Notes under the pieces: model-generated
Seen by the model: the letters and a program-made list of their open reading frames with translations, nothing else
What the model was told of the DNA's origin: nothing
Databases searched by the model: none
NCBI RefSeq assembly: GCF_006345805.1
Contig: NC_043014.1
Span: forward strand, 27,156,001 to 27,220,000
DNA length: 64,000 nucleotides
DNA from: Octopus sinensis
Lineage: Eukaryota
Reading direction: 5' to 3'
Shown: in pieces, positions 39,501 through 62,981 of the stretch
Layout: each line of letters starts with the position of its first letter
How positions within the stretch are numbered: position 1 is the stretch's first letter
Translations under genes and position numbers: made by a program

Positions 39501-39736
39501 AATGTCCCAGTGAAAACCTCAATAAAATGTAAACATAACAGATCAGACATGGTGAAAAAGTAATAGGGTGACTCTAGACTGAAGTAAAGTTAACTTTTCT
39601 GTGGAAATTAAGTTCACTGGAACTTCAAGTTTCGCCTATCGGATTGCTTAATGAATTTAGCCAGTTGTCTTTCGATTTACCCAGTAAATTGGTTTTGTGA
39701 ATCAATGTGCAAATGGTGTGAAATAAGGGAAATATT

Positions 39737-40344
39737 TGTAACGAACTTGTGAGTGAATATCCTCGTGCACTTTTGGGGTGCACAAAGCAATCACTAGCCG
39801 TTGCTTTAATAATCCAGAATTCTACCAGTCAGAAACAACAAGACGCAGACGTAAAATATATATAACTACTTTATTCTCTAATGTGGTAACAGTAACAATA
39901 AGTGGTTATCTGGTATCCCTTTGGTTCTGGGCGCGCAAGGCTGAAAGTTAATCGATTGTAATATTTACAATGTTCAGCCGCTAAAAACAGAACGGGTTAA
40001 AGATGGCGTCCGGAGGAAGAAGATGATGTTGGTCTGCAACAATTTGGTTAAAGGCCTGTTGGTAAGGTGCTGCTAGAATCAAGTCCGGACGGAGAGAAAA
40101 TATGCGTGACTGTCGCCTTCAGTCGCTGCTGTCTCAAGTCACTGCTGACTGCTGCTAGTGGTCAAACGTTCTACGACCCCCTTGCCTTGGCTAACTACCA
40201 CGTAGGCAAAAGAGTCGTGCTTCCGGTGGTTCGCGCATGCGCGAGAGGGCCCTTCCTTTCTGTGCCTTGGTGAAGGCACCAACACTCGCACGCGCGAAAT
40301 AGAAAATGGACGGTGCGCGCGCGCACCGTTATAGGATCACTACA
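39737..40344 (-). mobile_element. Solo LTR (608 bp) with 4-bp TSD TATT
   Basis: tatt|TGTAACGAAC...GGATCACTACA|tatt; reverse-complement homolog of 35557-36101. Confidence 0.88.
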
Positions 40345-41320
40345 TATTCTTTTAATGTTATAGTTAAGGAAAAAACACAAACAAAAATTTAAATGATTAT
40401 TTATTGGAAAGGTATTAAATTTGACTGAGTGTCAATGAATGTATAGACACACATACAATTATGTATGTATGTATGTATGTATCATGCTGGATACCCAAAT
40501 ACGAACGGTTCTTTGTATGAATAACTTACACAATGAAAAATTTTCTGAAGAAAATTAAACTCGCATAACGAACTGAAATTTGGTCATCTAATAACGAGCA
40601 GATTACACGCGAATACATGTTACTGGGAGCCCATTCGCTTAGCGAGCTGAAATATGAACAAGCCACGAGTAGACTACGCATGTGTATAAATTACTGGGAA
40701 ACCATTCAATTAGCGAGGCGAAATTTGAACGAACTAAGATTAGGTGTACTGCAAGTGAGTATAAGTGCTAAGAAAACATATATGAATAAGTATGAACAAA
40801 TTGTATCGTAAACAGTTTTTCTGAAGAAAATTATATATACAGAGTGCAAACTACTGGTATTTAGACCCTTCTATCCACTCAGTCAGTTGCAGTTCTTAAT
40901 GCGCATCTAATCCAGAATGTTGTGCCAGAAATGCATGTCCATGACTGTCCTCTTATTCCCCCCCCCCAAAAAAAAAGAAAAAGCACGTATCAACACCTTT
41001 ATCTAGAAGCACCACCACTTCTGGAGCCCTCATCAAATCTTCCTAGACAGCCCAAATCGCCAACCACAAAACATGCACCAACATAAAATTTTTAGACATT
41101 TAGATATTTTTTCAACCCAACACCACAGAGACCAACTTATAAACTAATTACTAACAATCCAAGAGGCACAGATTTCGTTTAGGTATCATTGCTTTACCAC
41201 TCCCTTCAAACAAAATTTACATTCATTCACAGATGACGTGCTTTCTCATGAAATCTTATATGCTCATCATTTACATTATTTATATTGGGCGGATATGTGT
41301 CCTCAACTTGTTTGATGTTA

Positions 41321-41364
41321 CCACAACGTTTCGGCTGATTTACTCTCCAGCCTTCATCAGGTGT
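41321..41364 (-). ncRNA. Minimal type I hammerhead ribozyme candidate
   Basis: cac CUGAUGA a GGCUG(loop)CAGCC GAAA CG UU/gug: intact core, 5-bp helix II, palindromic ACGU helix III (dimer-dependent type known from PLEs). Confidence 0.65.
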
Positions 41365-41437
41365 CCAGGTGGAATTTTGAACCCAATCCTGGGTTCTCAT
41401 TCCTAAGGTAGTTTTACTGATGCTATTATTATTATTA

Positions 41438-41500
<63 letters not shown>

Positions 41501-41513
41501 AATATTTATTCAA

Positions 41514-41584
41514 GGCACTTCCTGGAACTGAACTCGGAATCTTGGGGTTAGCAGCCCACACTTTTAACCATTACGCTATATACC
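41514..41584 (-). other. tRNA-derived (Ser-GCT-like) segment within the PLE terminal region; not a functional tRNA
   Basis: taatggttaa A-box, tggg-CTGCTAA-ccc anticodon arm, gttcagttcc B-box; T-arm degenerate; partial second copy at ~42971-43030(+). Confidence 0.55.
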
Positions 41585-42059
41585 TGCTATAACCCTAACC
41601 CTAACCCTAATATTTTTGTATCCTTCCTTAATACCGGTTCTCATATTCTACTCATATCTGCACTAGGTCTGCTTAGGAGGTTATTGTGTCCTAGCACATG
41701 CGTTGCCTCTTTTAGTTTTCGAATTTTCCAGTGGTGTTCTCTGTCCATTATTTTTAACTTCGTTTTTTTCATACATGATCAACTATACCCGATTTTCAAC
41801 ATCTCCTCGTGTCACAGCTTTACGATGTTCCTCTACCCTTATTTTGAGTAGGCAGCATGTTTCGCCTTTGTATAACCTACCACAGCTGCATGGGATGGAG
41901 TACACACAATCTTTGGTCATATTCTCTTCTATTGGTGGTTTTACTCGAAGGATATATTTGCGAAGTGTTGTATTACACTTGAATACTGTCCTGATGTCAT
42001 ATGGCCCGCATATCTTTTGTATCTTTTCCGAGAAACCTTTCACATAGGGTAGACAAACT

Positions 42060-42970
42060 GTGGTCAGTTTATGGGTTTCATACCAAAAAGCTCAAGGAGA
42101 TGAACTAAGGTGGAAAGTGAGACAGGTACTAGAGAAAGCGAAACTTCCTTAATCAAACACTACTAAGGAAGAAAAGTTTGCTATCAAAGCACCACAGAGT
42201 GATAATTCCATCATAATACTTCCGGAGGTCAAAGACAATACTATGTTGGTGATGAACAAGTCTGACTACTCTGAAAAATTGGCAAGTCTCATAAGCTACA
42301 GCAAAGTAAATAAAAACCCAACTCTGAAAATAGAGAGGAAGTTGTCACAGATCTTAATCAAGAACAAGGATCGCTTCATACCAATGAAGTACAGACAACT
42401 GACCCAACACTACAGTAAGCTACCACACATATACAGTCTCCCTAAGATTCACAAAGATGGTATTCCATTAAGACCTATAGTGAGTTGTAGAGGTTCGGTA
42501 TGTCATCCACTGAGCCGCTTCCTTGTGGATATAATCAGTCCATTAGCAGATAAGTCAACGTCATATGTGAAGAATTCCACCCACTTCACAGAATTGATCA
42601 AGGATACCCCTGTTGGATCCAACCTGATGGTAAGTCTAGATGTGATAAGTATGTTCACCAAAGTTCCGACTGATGAAGCACTATCAGTGATTCACGAAAA
42701 ACTAGTGACAGATACCTATTTAAAAAGATCGAACTAGTATACCAATAGGAAATTTGATGAAAATGTTGACCTTCTGTGTTGAAACTACCTACTTCAGAGT
42801 AGATACCGATATATATCAACAGGATTCGGGTTTAGCTATGGGTTCGCCATTATCACAAATAACAGCCAACCCTATGGCTTCGATACATTGATGACACCTT
42901 TATACTCTGGCCCCACCAGGAAGATGTCCAAGTACTGCTCAATGATATGAACTCAATAAAGCTATCCATA
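42060..42970 (+). mobile_element. Penelope-like reverse transcriptase fragment, oriented opposite to the adjacent endonuclease
   Basis: YSLPKIHKDGIPLRPIVS...LMVSLDVISMFTKVP...GLAMGSPLS-like; RYIDDTFILW at ~42881-42910; frameshifted. Confidence 0.9.
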
Positions 42971-43039
42971 CTTAATGATTAAAAGCACGAGCTACTAACC
43001 TCAAGATTCCGCGTTCAATTTCAGGTAGTGCCTTGAATA

Positions 43040-43095
<56 letters not shown>

Positions 43096-43096
43096 T

Positions 43097-43148
<52 letters not shown>

Positions 43149-43166
43149 TATAATAATAATAATGAT

Positions 43167-43207
<41 letters not shown>

Positions 43208-43223
43208 TAATAATAATAATAAT

Positions 43224-43998
43224 AAAGCAGAAACAGAGGGATTTTTAATTGCAGCACAAGACCAAAGCCTCCCCACCAGAAATTACCAAAAACATGTAAT
43301 GAAAAGAAATATTACAAGTAACTGCAGAATATGTGGAGATGGACAAGAAACAATAAATCATATTATCTCTAGCTGCCCAGTCCTGGCTAAGAAGGAATAT
43401 ATTCACAGACATGACAGAGTTGGAACCTACATACATTGGAAGCTATGCCAACATTATGGAATAACAACAGAAAAAAGATAGTATAGGCACACACCACCAG
43501 AAAAGGTCACAGAAACGAGAAAGCAACCATACTCTGGGATATGCCGATACACACAGATAGAGAAATTAAGGCCAACAGACCAGATATAGTTGTCAGAGAC
43601 CATGAAAAAAAAAATGCTTTCTAATTGATGTATCAGTACCGGCAGATGACAACGTGTCTCTAAAAGAAATGGAGAAACTCTCAAAATACAAAGACCTGGA
43701 AATAGAGGTAACTAGAATGTGGAATCTGAAAACAGAAACAATTCCTATCATAGTAGGTGCATTAGGCATGATAAAAAATATTCAGACAAATACATAACAA
43801 AAACACCAGGACTTACAAACACATATAACATACAGAAAATTGCACTACTAGGCACTGCACACATCCTACGCAGAACACTTTCCATACAATAACCATCAGA
43901 GCATCACAACAAATCACAGCACATACCCAAGGCACACAGAGCTGCGCTCGGTAGTGAAGTGAAAGCACGCTATAAAAATAAAAATAAAACTACTGAAC
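43224..43998 (+). mobile_element. R4/Dong-like non-LTR retrotransposon 3' end (zinc knuckle plus restriction-like endonuclease), inserted in (AAT)n
   Basis: CRICGDGQETINHIISSC...RHDRV...WD...RPDIV...LIDVSVP...KLSKYKDL...PIIVGALG...LGTAHILR*; (AAT)n on both sides. Confidence 0.88.
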
Positions 43999-44047
<49 letters not shown>

Positions 44048-44074
44048 TAATAATAATAATAATAATAATAATAA

Positions 44075-44542
44075 GTATAAAAGATGGGCTACAGCAAATA
44101 TTCTGCTCAATACCACAGATTTGCTTGTCAGTTGTTTGACCTTAACCAGTTGAGCATGTCCCTTAGTGGCTGACGATATGTGCATCTCTGACTATGAACA
44201 GAAGTAGTGGGGGAACATCATAGCCGTGTGTTGAAAGGAATTCTTGGAGGTTTGGATAATTCACCTTTGGAAACATGGATAGTTCGTTCAACATCTTAAA
44301 CAATCCTTATTCAGGGACCTTTAGAGCGGGATGGGTTACTCGACCAGAAGAAAATTCTAACTGGGTCCCACCTGCAAGGTCATGCGTTGTTTATCTTGAT
44401 ATGAGATCACCATGTCGCGCACATATGGTTGTGGTGTATGTGCCTGGTGTACCCTTATCAGACGGGTAGTCATGATGGATATACTGGGCTTCGTATATTT
44501 TACCCCAGTGTCACTTTGATGGCATGCACTGCTCTCTCACTC
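44075..44542 (+). mobile_element. (AAT)n-flanked non-coding repeat (SINE or LINE 3' UTR)
   Basis: Highly similar to 63165-63586; both end in ctctctcactc followed by (AAT)n. Confidence 0.8.
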
Positions 44543-44598
<56 letters not shown>

Positions 44599-44600
44599 CT

Positions 44601-44756
44601 ACATCAGCAAAAAATACCTTAGGAATGAGAACCCAGGGTTGGGTTCAAAATTCCACCTGGACACCTGATGAAGGTTGAAGAGTAAATCATCCGAAACGTT
44701 GTGGTAACAACAAACAAGATGAGGACACACATCCGTCCAATGTAAATAATGTAAAT
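44601..44756 (+). repeat. Second PLE terminal module with hammerhead core (CTGATGA 44665-44671, GAAAC 44693-44697)
   Basis: Reverse-complement homolog of 41269-41423; helix II has mismatches in this copy. Confidence 0.8.
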
Positions 44757-45400
44757 AACGTACAGAATTCCTCATCTCTAAAATGTAGAACAGTATAATC
44801 TTATATGCTATTGGCAACCAGCTTTGGTTATTGAACATGACACTGATTGGCGAGAAAAGTGAAGAAGGCTTGAGCCAAGCCTAGTCAGATATCTTTCCTT
44901 GCACATGAAACTGGAATTGTTATCGATAAACATTTAAGATACTGTATATAAAATATTCCTAACACCCAAATGTATAGAGTGGTTTAATTTTCTGAGTCTA
45001 TCGATAAACGAACAGTATGTGCGTGTGTGTGTGTGTGTCTGTGTCTGCGTGCGTGCGTGTGTGTGTGTGTGTCTGTGTCTGCGTGCGTGCGTGTGTGTGT
45101 GGGGGGTGCGTTCATCTACCCTATATCCTTCTTTAAAAATTAACTCTTCCTCACGTACACTATCGTCTTAATTTAATTACTGACCACTTTCCATCATTAT
45201 TACCGTTATCTCCCACGATTCTAATCTCCTACTAGAACCAGTTTCTTATTCCTCTCCTCGTAGATTAGATAGATACGTGAAATCTAATACCTACCTCATA
45301 TTTCGCAGTCTGAATAAGTCTCAGAGAGGACGAACGAAATTTTGAATATATTACCAATTAAAATGTGCATGCAAACATACATACACACATAAATACACAG

Positions 45401-45431
<31 letters not shown>

Positions 45432-47196
45432 AACAAACAAACAAACACACACCGCACGTACACACGTATAAGTTGCTTTTAACGAACATAAGAAAAGTAC
45501 TCAATACAAAGTGTAGAGTATTGCTATATCTATTCGACAGATGCCATATTGTGTTACTCGGAGTTTTACTATAGTGCAGTTACTCAATGCTGATCTGAAA
45601 TGGAAAAACAATTACACGAAAAATCCACCGAAAAGTCAAGTTAGGAATCCCACCAAAGACGTATAGGAAAGCTACAGAGTAAAAGGGCAGTAAGCCACCA
45701 AGGAAAAAATTCTCGTAAAATACATCAGTTTCTTTTTAAAGGAAAACTGGTCCACTTAAAATATAATTCACATTCAAAGCAAAACTTTTGCTTAAATTTT
45801 GAGTACTGAATTTTTCAGTTCTCCGAGTGGCATCTTAAGATTCAAGCAATTTGAGATTTTAAAGAAAACCAAGGACTCAGAGATAGACTTGACACAGGAA
45901 GTTAGTATTTCTTTGCATGAAGGCACGCAGAAAATGTTTCTCCTTCATATTCAGGATGTTGGCGTGACAGTTGCTACAACAGCCATTGCATACCTTTGCC
46001 TTTGCAATAACACTCCATATCATAAGATTGCTTTTCTTTGTATTTTAAAAGCTAAAAGTATTTTGAAAGTGGCATTGCTCTTGTAACGGTATTTGTTAGG
46101 TGGAGTCAGTGGTCAACATTTGTAACGGTATAGATAATGATATAAGTTGGTAAAGATGAAAGAAGAACAGTGATCGAAGTTGGAAACAAACATTTATATA
46201 CCGTTACATATTGTTATAACCAAACCACGACAGGCTGGTATGTATAATATAATTCGTAAAGCATGCGAGGTAAAGAGAGATATCGTAGATTTTCCTTGTA
46301 TAGGTATGTGTTTGTGTTCTCGTCTTTCTTGCAGCAAGGAAAATGATAGATAGAGTGATGTTGTAGAGAAGAAAAAGTGAGCTAGTGAAAGTGAGAGTGG
46401 TGAGATGAAACAACTGCTTCGTTGGTGAGTTACCATCGTTGTCCCTCTGGGCCTTTTCCATCAGAGACAGCATTTCGTTCAACCGGTCAGCCAGCTCGGT
46501 TCTCACTAACTAATTTTGGCTTACGGAGTTCTGTATTTAAAACTATACAAAACTAGTTAGAAAAATAGATATACTGCAAAGATAATGGATATACTTTGCG
46601 TGGGGTGGGGTCGACTGTTATCTCAATTCAACTCTGCACTGCATACAAGAGGTTAGAAGGGTCAAGTGGTAAAATCATAAATCTGTTTAGCGAAGCCATG
46701 TGTTCATTGTAAATGTTCTTTCTCCGTGAGAAAAGTGCTGTTGAAATATTATGGGAAATTTCCCGATTCAGGTTCGATTTTACTTTCTGCCTAAATGAAG
46801 TCACTACATTACTTACCATCCTGAGAGCTTTTAAGAAAAAGAAACCAACGATCTAGGAAGAAAAAGAAATGCATGGCTGGGGAAAAATTCTGCGTATTAG
46901 GAGAGAGGATCATTGAAGTGTATACGGGACAATTTTCTATTCGGGTAAGTCCGAATAGCGGTGTCGCTTTGAATGCAAAAATGTGCCTTGAAGGTTTTTT
47001 AGAAGCGAAATGTGTCTGGCGTTGTTGTCGTGGGTAATTGCTGGAGGTCAGCAAGAACGACAGTGAGGTACGCTGGATTCATGCACGAGATGTGCATGCA
47101 AAGAAAAGAGGTTGTTGAAAGTCTATATGAGAGTCTTAAATTTGCAGAAAAGTTCGTAGATGCTGCGGGGTCTGTACATCTGGACGAGACGAAAAA

Positions 47197-47237
<41 letters not shown>

Positions 47238-49217
47238 CGAAAAGGTTGCATGGTGCGGGCCTCCGTATTTTCTTCAAGTTAGTTTCTGGGCAGGTGCCTA
47301 AATGAAGTCACTACACTCTTATACCGTTATCTAAACGAGTGTGTGTGCTGTACGTTTCTTATTTTAAAAGGGTGTCCGGTTAACGTTATATACGTTTGCT
47401 GACTTTACATCTTTCGAAAGATATTTTTAATCCAAAGGATGACTAAGGTGTGACTCAACAATTGCAGTCAAGCTGGTTTGTTTAAGTAATGTTTATGGGT
47501 TTTTGATTGAATGATGTATTTTCTATCCTATATTCTGCAGATATCTGGAACTAGTTTTAACGGATTGTTTTTGAAAACTCTATGATATACAAGTGGCGAA
47601 TCGTTTATATTAAAAAGAGAAACCTACATTCGTGACATGCGAACATTACGAACTTGCATGGATATATTTAATTTTACGTTTTATATAAATACCACTGATG
47701 ATAGAAATCAGTAGCAGCAGCATTACACTAGCTCATTTATTGGTTTCAAATTTTGACTCAAGGCCAACAATTTTGTGAGAGGTGGTAAGTCGATTAGATC
47801 GACCCCAGTGCTCAACTGGTACTTATTTTATCGACCCAGAAAGAATGAAAAGCAAAGTCGACCTCAGCGGAATTTGAACTCAGAATGTAAAGACGAACGA
47901 AATACTGCTGTGCATTTTGCCCGGTGTGCTAACGATTCTGCCAGCTCGCCACCTTCTCTGCCAATATTATTGCAAGAAAAAAGAGTACCGCTTTCTCTTT
48001 AATCAAAATTGCTTGTCCATTCACAGTACGGATTCAAACCATCCATATTTTCGAATGAATATTCTGTTGTAGCCGCTAAGAAATTGATTGACCCAGATAA
48101 TGGGCTATTCTGATTGGGAAATATTATAATAGAAAGAGTATACTCATTCTTATGTTTGTTCATGAAAACTGAAAATATGAACGAATGTCCAACTTACAAG
48201 TACAATACAATATAATCAATCGCAGTTAAAATTACTGTCACCTGTTATCGGAGCTTAAACTATTGCCAAAGACATTGCCGTCTACATCGTAGCTTACAAA
48301 CCATAGTAGCTTATTCTCTTACAAATCCTTCGTCTGTTGCAACAACAAAATCGCTACTGTTATTAACGTTTTAATCAGGTTGTCTTACTACGATACACGT
48401 GCTGAGCTGAACGAATACTCAAAACAGTAAACCTATTTCTACCGTTTCAATAGAAAAATAGGTGTTACAAGCCTATAAGTGCATTAGGCTAGAGTTTATC
48501 CTGGTTTCCATAGCGTATAAGCAACTGAGAGTACAAGACAGCTACCACTGCTGGCACTAACTTCCGACTGAGTGGACTGGAACAACATGAAATGATGAAT
48601 TTTGCTCAGTCACAACCTTCTACCTGTCCCGTGAATCGAAAGTATTTAGTTGTGTGAAACTGACAATTGTGACTTCTAATTTCTAGCCCACGATGATATG
48701 TAAAACAAATTTATTCTCATTTTTATCATAGCGGAATCATCCTTCCAATTGGGTAACAATCAAAGTATCGAGATGTAAAATTTTGTTCTCAAAACTGCCA
48801 TTTCAAAACTGTACTACAGAGTTCAAATCTCTATTGACAGGCTTTTGTACTGTATTAATTGAATTACTGTTGTCATTAACCGACATTGTGTAATTCTGTC
48901 TATATTATTTACAATAATTATTCCACCACCACGGAATACATAGGTCTACTGACTGAAAATTTTTCACAGGCTTTTCTTTATTTAGACTTATATATTCTAT
49001 ATATCAAACCGAAGGAATTTTATCTGTTTATTTACATCACTGTCTTTATAAAACATTTATCATGTTGGCTTGTAGCTTTTTGTTTTTGAGTTTTCTTTTT
49101 TAGTATAACCATCTTGTTTATTCTCTACATTTGGATGCCAGGAGAGGTGCGTGTTTAAGAATATCGTTACAGAACCACATTGTTTTTTGTTAGATTTCAC
49201 TGCCTGGAATATCCTCA

Positions 49218-50515
49218 TCATTCATCATCATCATCATCATTGTTCGACCGTGGTCGAGACAATGGAATTTACTATGTTACGCTAGACTTCACGGGCCATC
49301 ATAGCATTACGGAGGTCCTGTTGCTGGATGCCTGTATCCCTGGAGATTACATCAGGGTAGGAGAGTGTGCGCCCTCTGGTTTTGCGAGTAGATGGCTTCC
49401 AGAGGAGAAGAGTAGAAATTACTTCTTTTTCAGCTCTACAACAATGTCCAGCAAACTGGACTCTCCTACCTTTCACAAGAGATGACACAGGTGGTAGTTT
49501 CCCATATATTTGCATTTTGGTTGGATGGCGCTTCCACGAGAGATTTTGAGCTCTCATAAGGAGGCGAGTGTAGGTTCCATCCAACCGCCTCTCAAGCTTC
49601 TTTGATAACGTCCAGGTTTCTGAGCCATATAGTAGAATTGGTTCGACTGTGGCTTTGAATATTTCAAGTTTGAAGTCTCTACTTAGATTTGATGACCAGA
49701 TCTTATGCATGTCATTACAGGCTGACCAGGCCATACCCTTTCTAGTTAGAAAGTCTTTTCCAGATGATGATATGTATGACCCAAGATATTTATAATCAGA
49801 AACCATATTTAAAGGCGTACTGTTGAGAGTATGGATGATACAATCATTGTTGGACAGGCACTTGTTTATGTATTCAGTTTTGGCCTCATTGAGGTAAAGA
49901 CCTACACAATTTGAGGCTTGTTCAAGAGATTGTAAAAGAGACTGGGCATTGGAGAGAGAATCACTGATAAGAGCGATGTCGTCAGCAAAGTCAGTGTCTG
50001 TCAAGTACTCAGCTGGGTGTCTGGAACTTCTTCTTGGTTTTATTTCAAAGCCCTTGCCAGAGATGGTATCAACTGACATACGTAGCACATAATCAACAAC
50101 AATGATGAAAAGAAATGGGGCGAGTGTGTCTCCCTGCAGTATTCCGGCTTTGATTGAGAAAGATGATGTTTCTCCATCAGGGGTTAAGATGGTTGAAGAC
50201 GTATCTGTGTAGAGGACCTTGATGGCAGAAATAATTTTGTCTGGTATCCCATAGAGCTTAAGGATTTCAAACATCTTGTACCTATCTACAGAATCGAACG
50301 CTTTAGAAAAGTCTACAAATACCATTGCAAGATCGCGATTAAATGCTTTTGATTCTTCAATAAGTCTGCGCAAGCATAGTATCTGACTCAGCGTTGAGCG
50401 CCCATGTCTGAATCCATTTTGGTTCTTTCGGAGCAAAGGTTCAACAAAAAGGACAAGACGATTTAGGATCAGTTTGTTGTACAGTTTTGCAGGAATATCC
50501 TCAATATCCTATTGA
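49218..50515 (-). mobile_element. Young 5'-truncated RTE-type LINE with an uninterrupted 384-aa RT segment, (TGA)n tail and 12-bp TSD
   Basis: QNGFRHGRST...FVDFSKAFDS...GILQGDTLAPFLF...DFADD; TSD ggaatatcctca at 49206-49217 and 50516-50527, with an extra copy at 50492-50503. Confidence 0.92.
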
Positions 50516-51258
50516 GGAATATCCTCAATAGCTTGACATCTCACAGACTGGGATAAGTAGTAACCTAATGAACCAGTAAGCACCAGGAAGACTTTTGTAT
50601 ATATATGAACGTGTCTATTCGTACACATGCGTGTGCGTGTATATATATACGTGCGCGCGTGCGTGTTGTTTCAGTTTATACAAATTTAAAATGATATGGA
50701 TTTTTATGTTCTGTTCATTCATGTCCTAAAGTTCATCTTTCTCATAGATAGAGATCGATAATATATAACAGACTGAAAGAAAACCTCGGGCCAGTATGAT
50801 CGACTAATCTCATGCAAACGAGTATGGCAAGACTGTGAAAGACTAATAAATATAAAAAAACACAAAAATTCATAATTTAGAAGATTTATTAAATCAAAAT
50901 TAATCAATGAAATATAATTAATATGATATTCAAATCCTGCACACATACTTCACGCACACATTCGTACAAACACATATGCATTTTTATATACATTCATACA
51001 GATACATACGTACAAACACACATGCATTCATACATACATACAGATATATAAATGAATATATATATGTATATACACACACACACACACACCACATATATAT
51101 ATATATATATATATATGCATATATATATATATACATATGTTTATATGTACATACACACACATATATATATATATATATATACATATATATGTGTATATAT
51201 ATATGTACATATATGCATATATATATATATGTATATATACATATATATGTAAATATTC

Positions 51259-51293
<35 letters not shown>

Positions 51294-51732
51294 ATATATA
51301 TATAATATATATATATGTATATACATTTATATAATTTATTCAAACTTACATACTGTCCTCCCTGCATACATATATGCAAAAGTTATATAAATATTAAGTT
51401 AAGAAAATGTTATGTGATATGAGACCCTTGCTGAAATAAGGGTTATTTTAGGATAAGCATGAAAAATTATATTGTTGTTCAGTACGTTTTTCCCGATTTC
51501 GGATAAAGGAATATCGGTGAAAGAAAGCATGCAATATATGAGACAGAAAAGAGATTGGCTGTTCTGTTGCTTAGGCCAGCTGTCCAGCGGCTGGAAGAGT
51601 ATCATTCATAATTAAACCAAACTCGTTGTTGTTGCCGTTGTTATTGTTGTTGTTATTGTGGTTGTTGTTGTTGGTGGTGGTGGTGGTGGGGTGGTAGTGG
51701 GGTTGTTGTTGCTGTGTTGTTATTGCTGCTGC

Positions 51733-51772
<40 letters not shown>

Positions 51773-51938
51773 GATGATGATGATTTTGTTACTGAATAAA
51801 TTTGGGACTGTGAGGTTGTTCATGTATTTTTGTTGTTGTTGTTCTTATTCTTGTTTTCTAATGTTCACCGCGTTTGTTACAGTCATTATCTTTGTTTATG
51901 GTGATGTTATTTTTTTTAATACGGAAAAAAAAAAAATT

Positions 51939-62907
<10,969 letters not shown>

Positions 62908-62912
62908 CTGTT

Positions 62913-62957
<45 letters not shown>

Positions 62958-62981
62958 TAATAATAATAATATTAATAATAA

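Larger units (their letters stand above)
41269..42055 (-). mobile_element. Penelope-like element: GIY-YIG endonuclease and 3' terminal repeat
   Basis: CVYSIPCSCGRLYKGET...RVEEHRKAV...KSGIVDHV...RKLKEA, then (TTAGGG)3, a tRNA-like segment, (AAT)n and a hammerhead-bearing module. Confidence 0.88.

Noticed and set aside
46789-47315. 20-bp direct repeat gcctaaatgaagtcactaca at 46789 and 47296
   Set aside because: Too long for a typical TSD, and I recognised no element features between the copies; insufficient evidence for a call.
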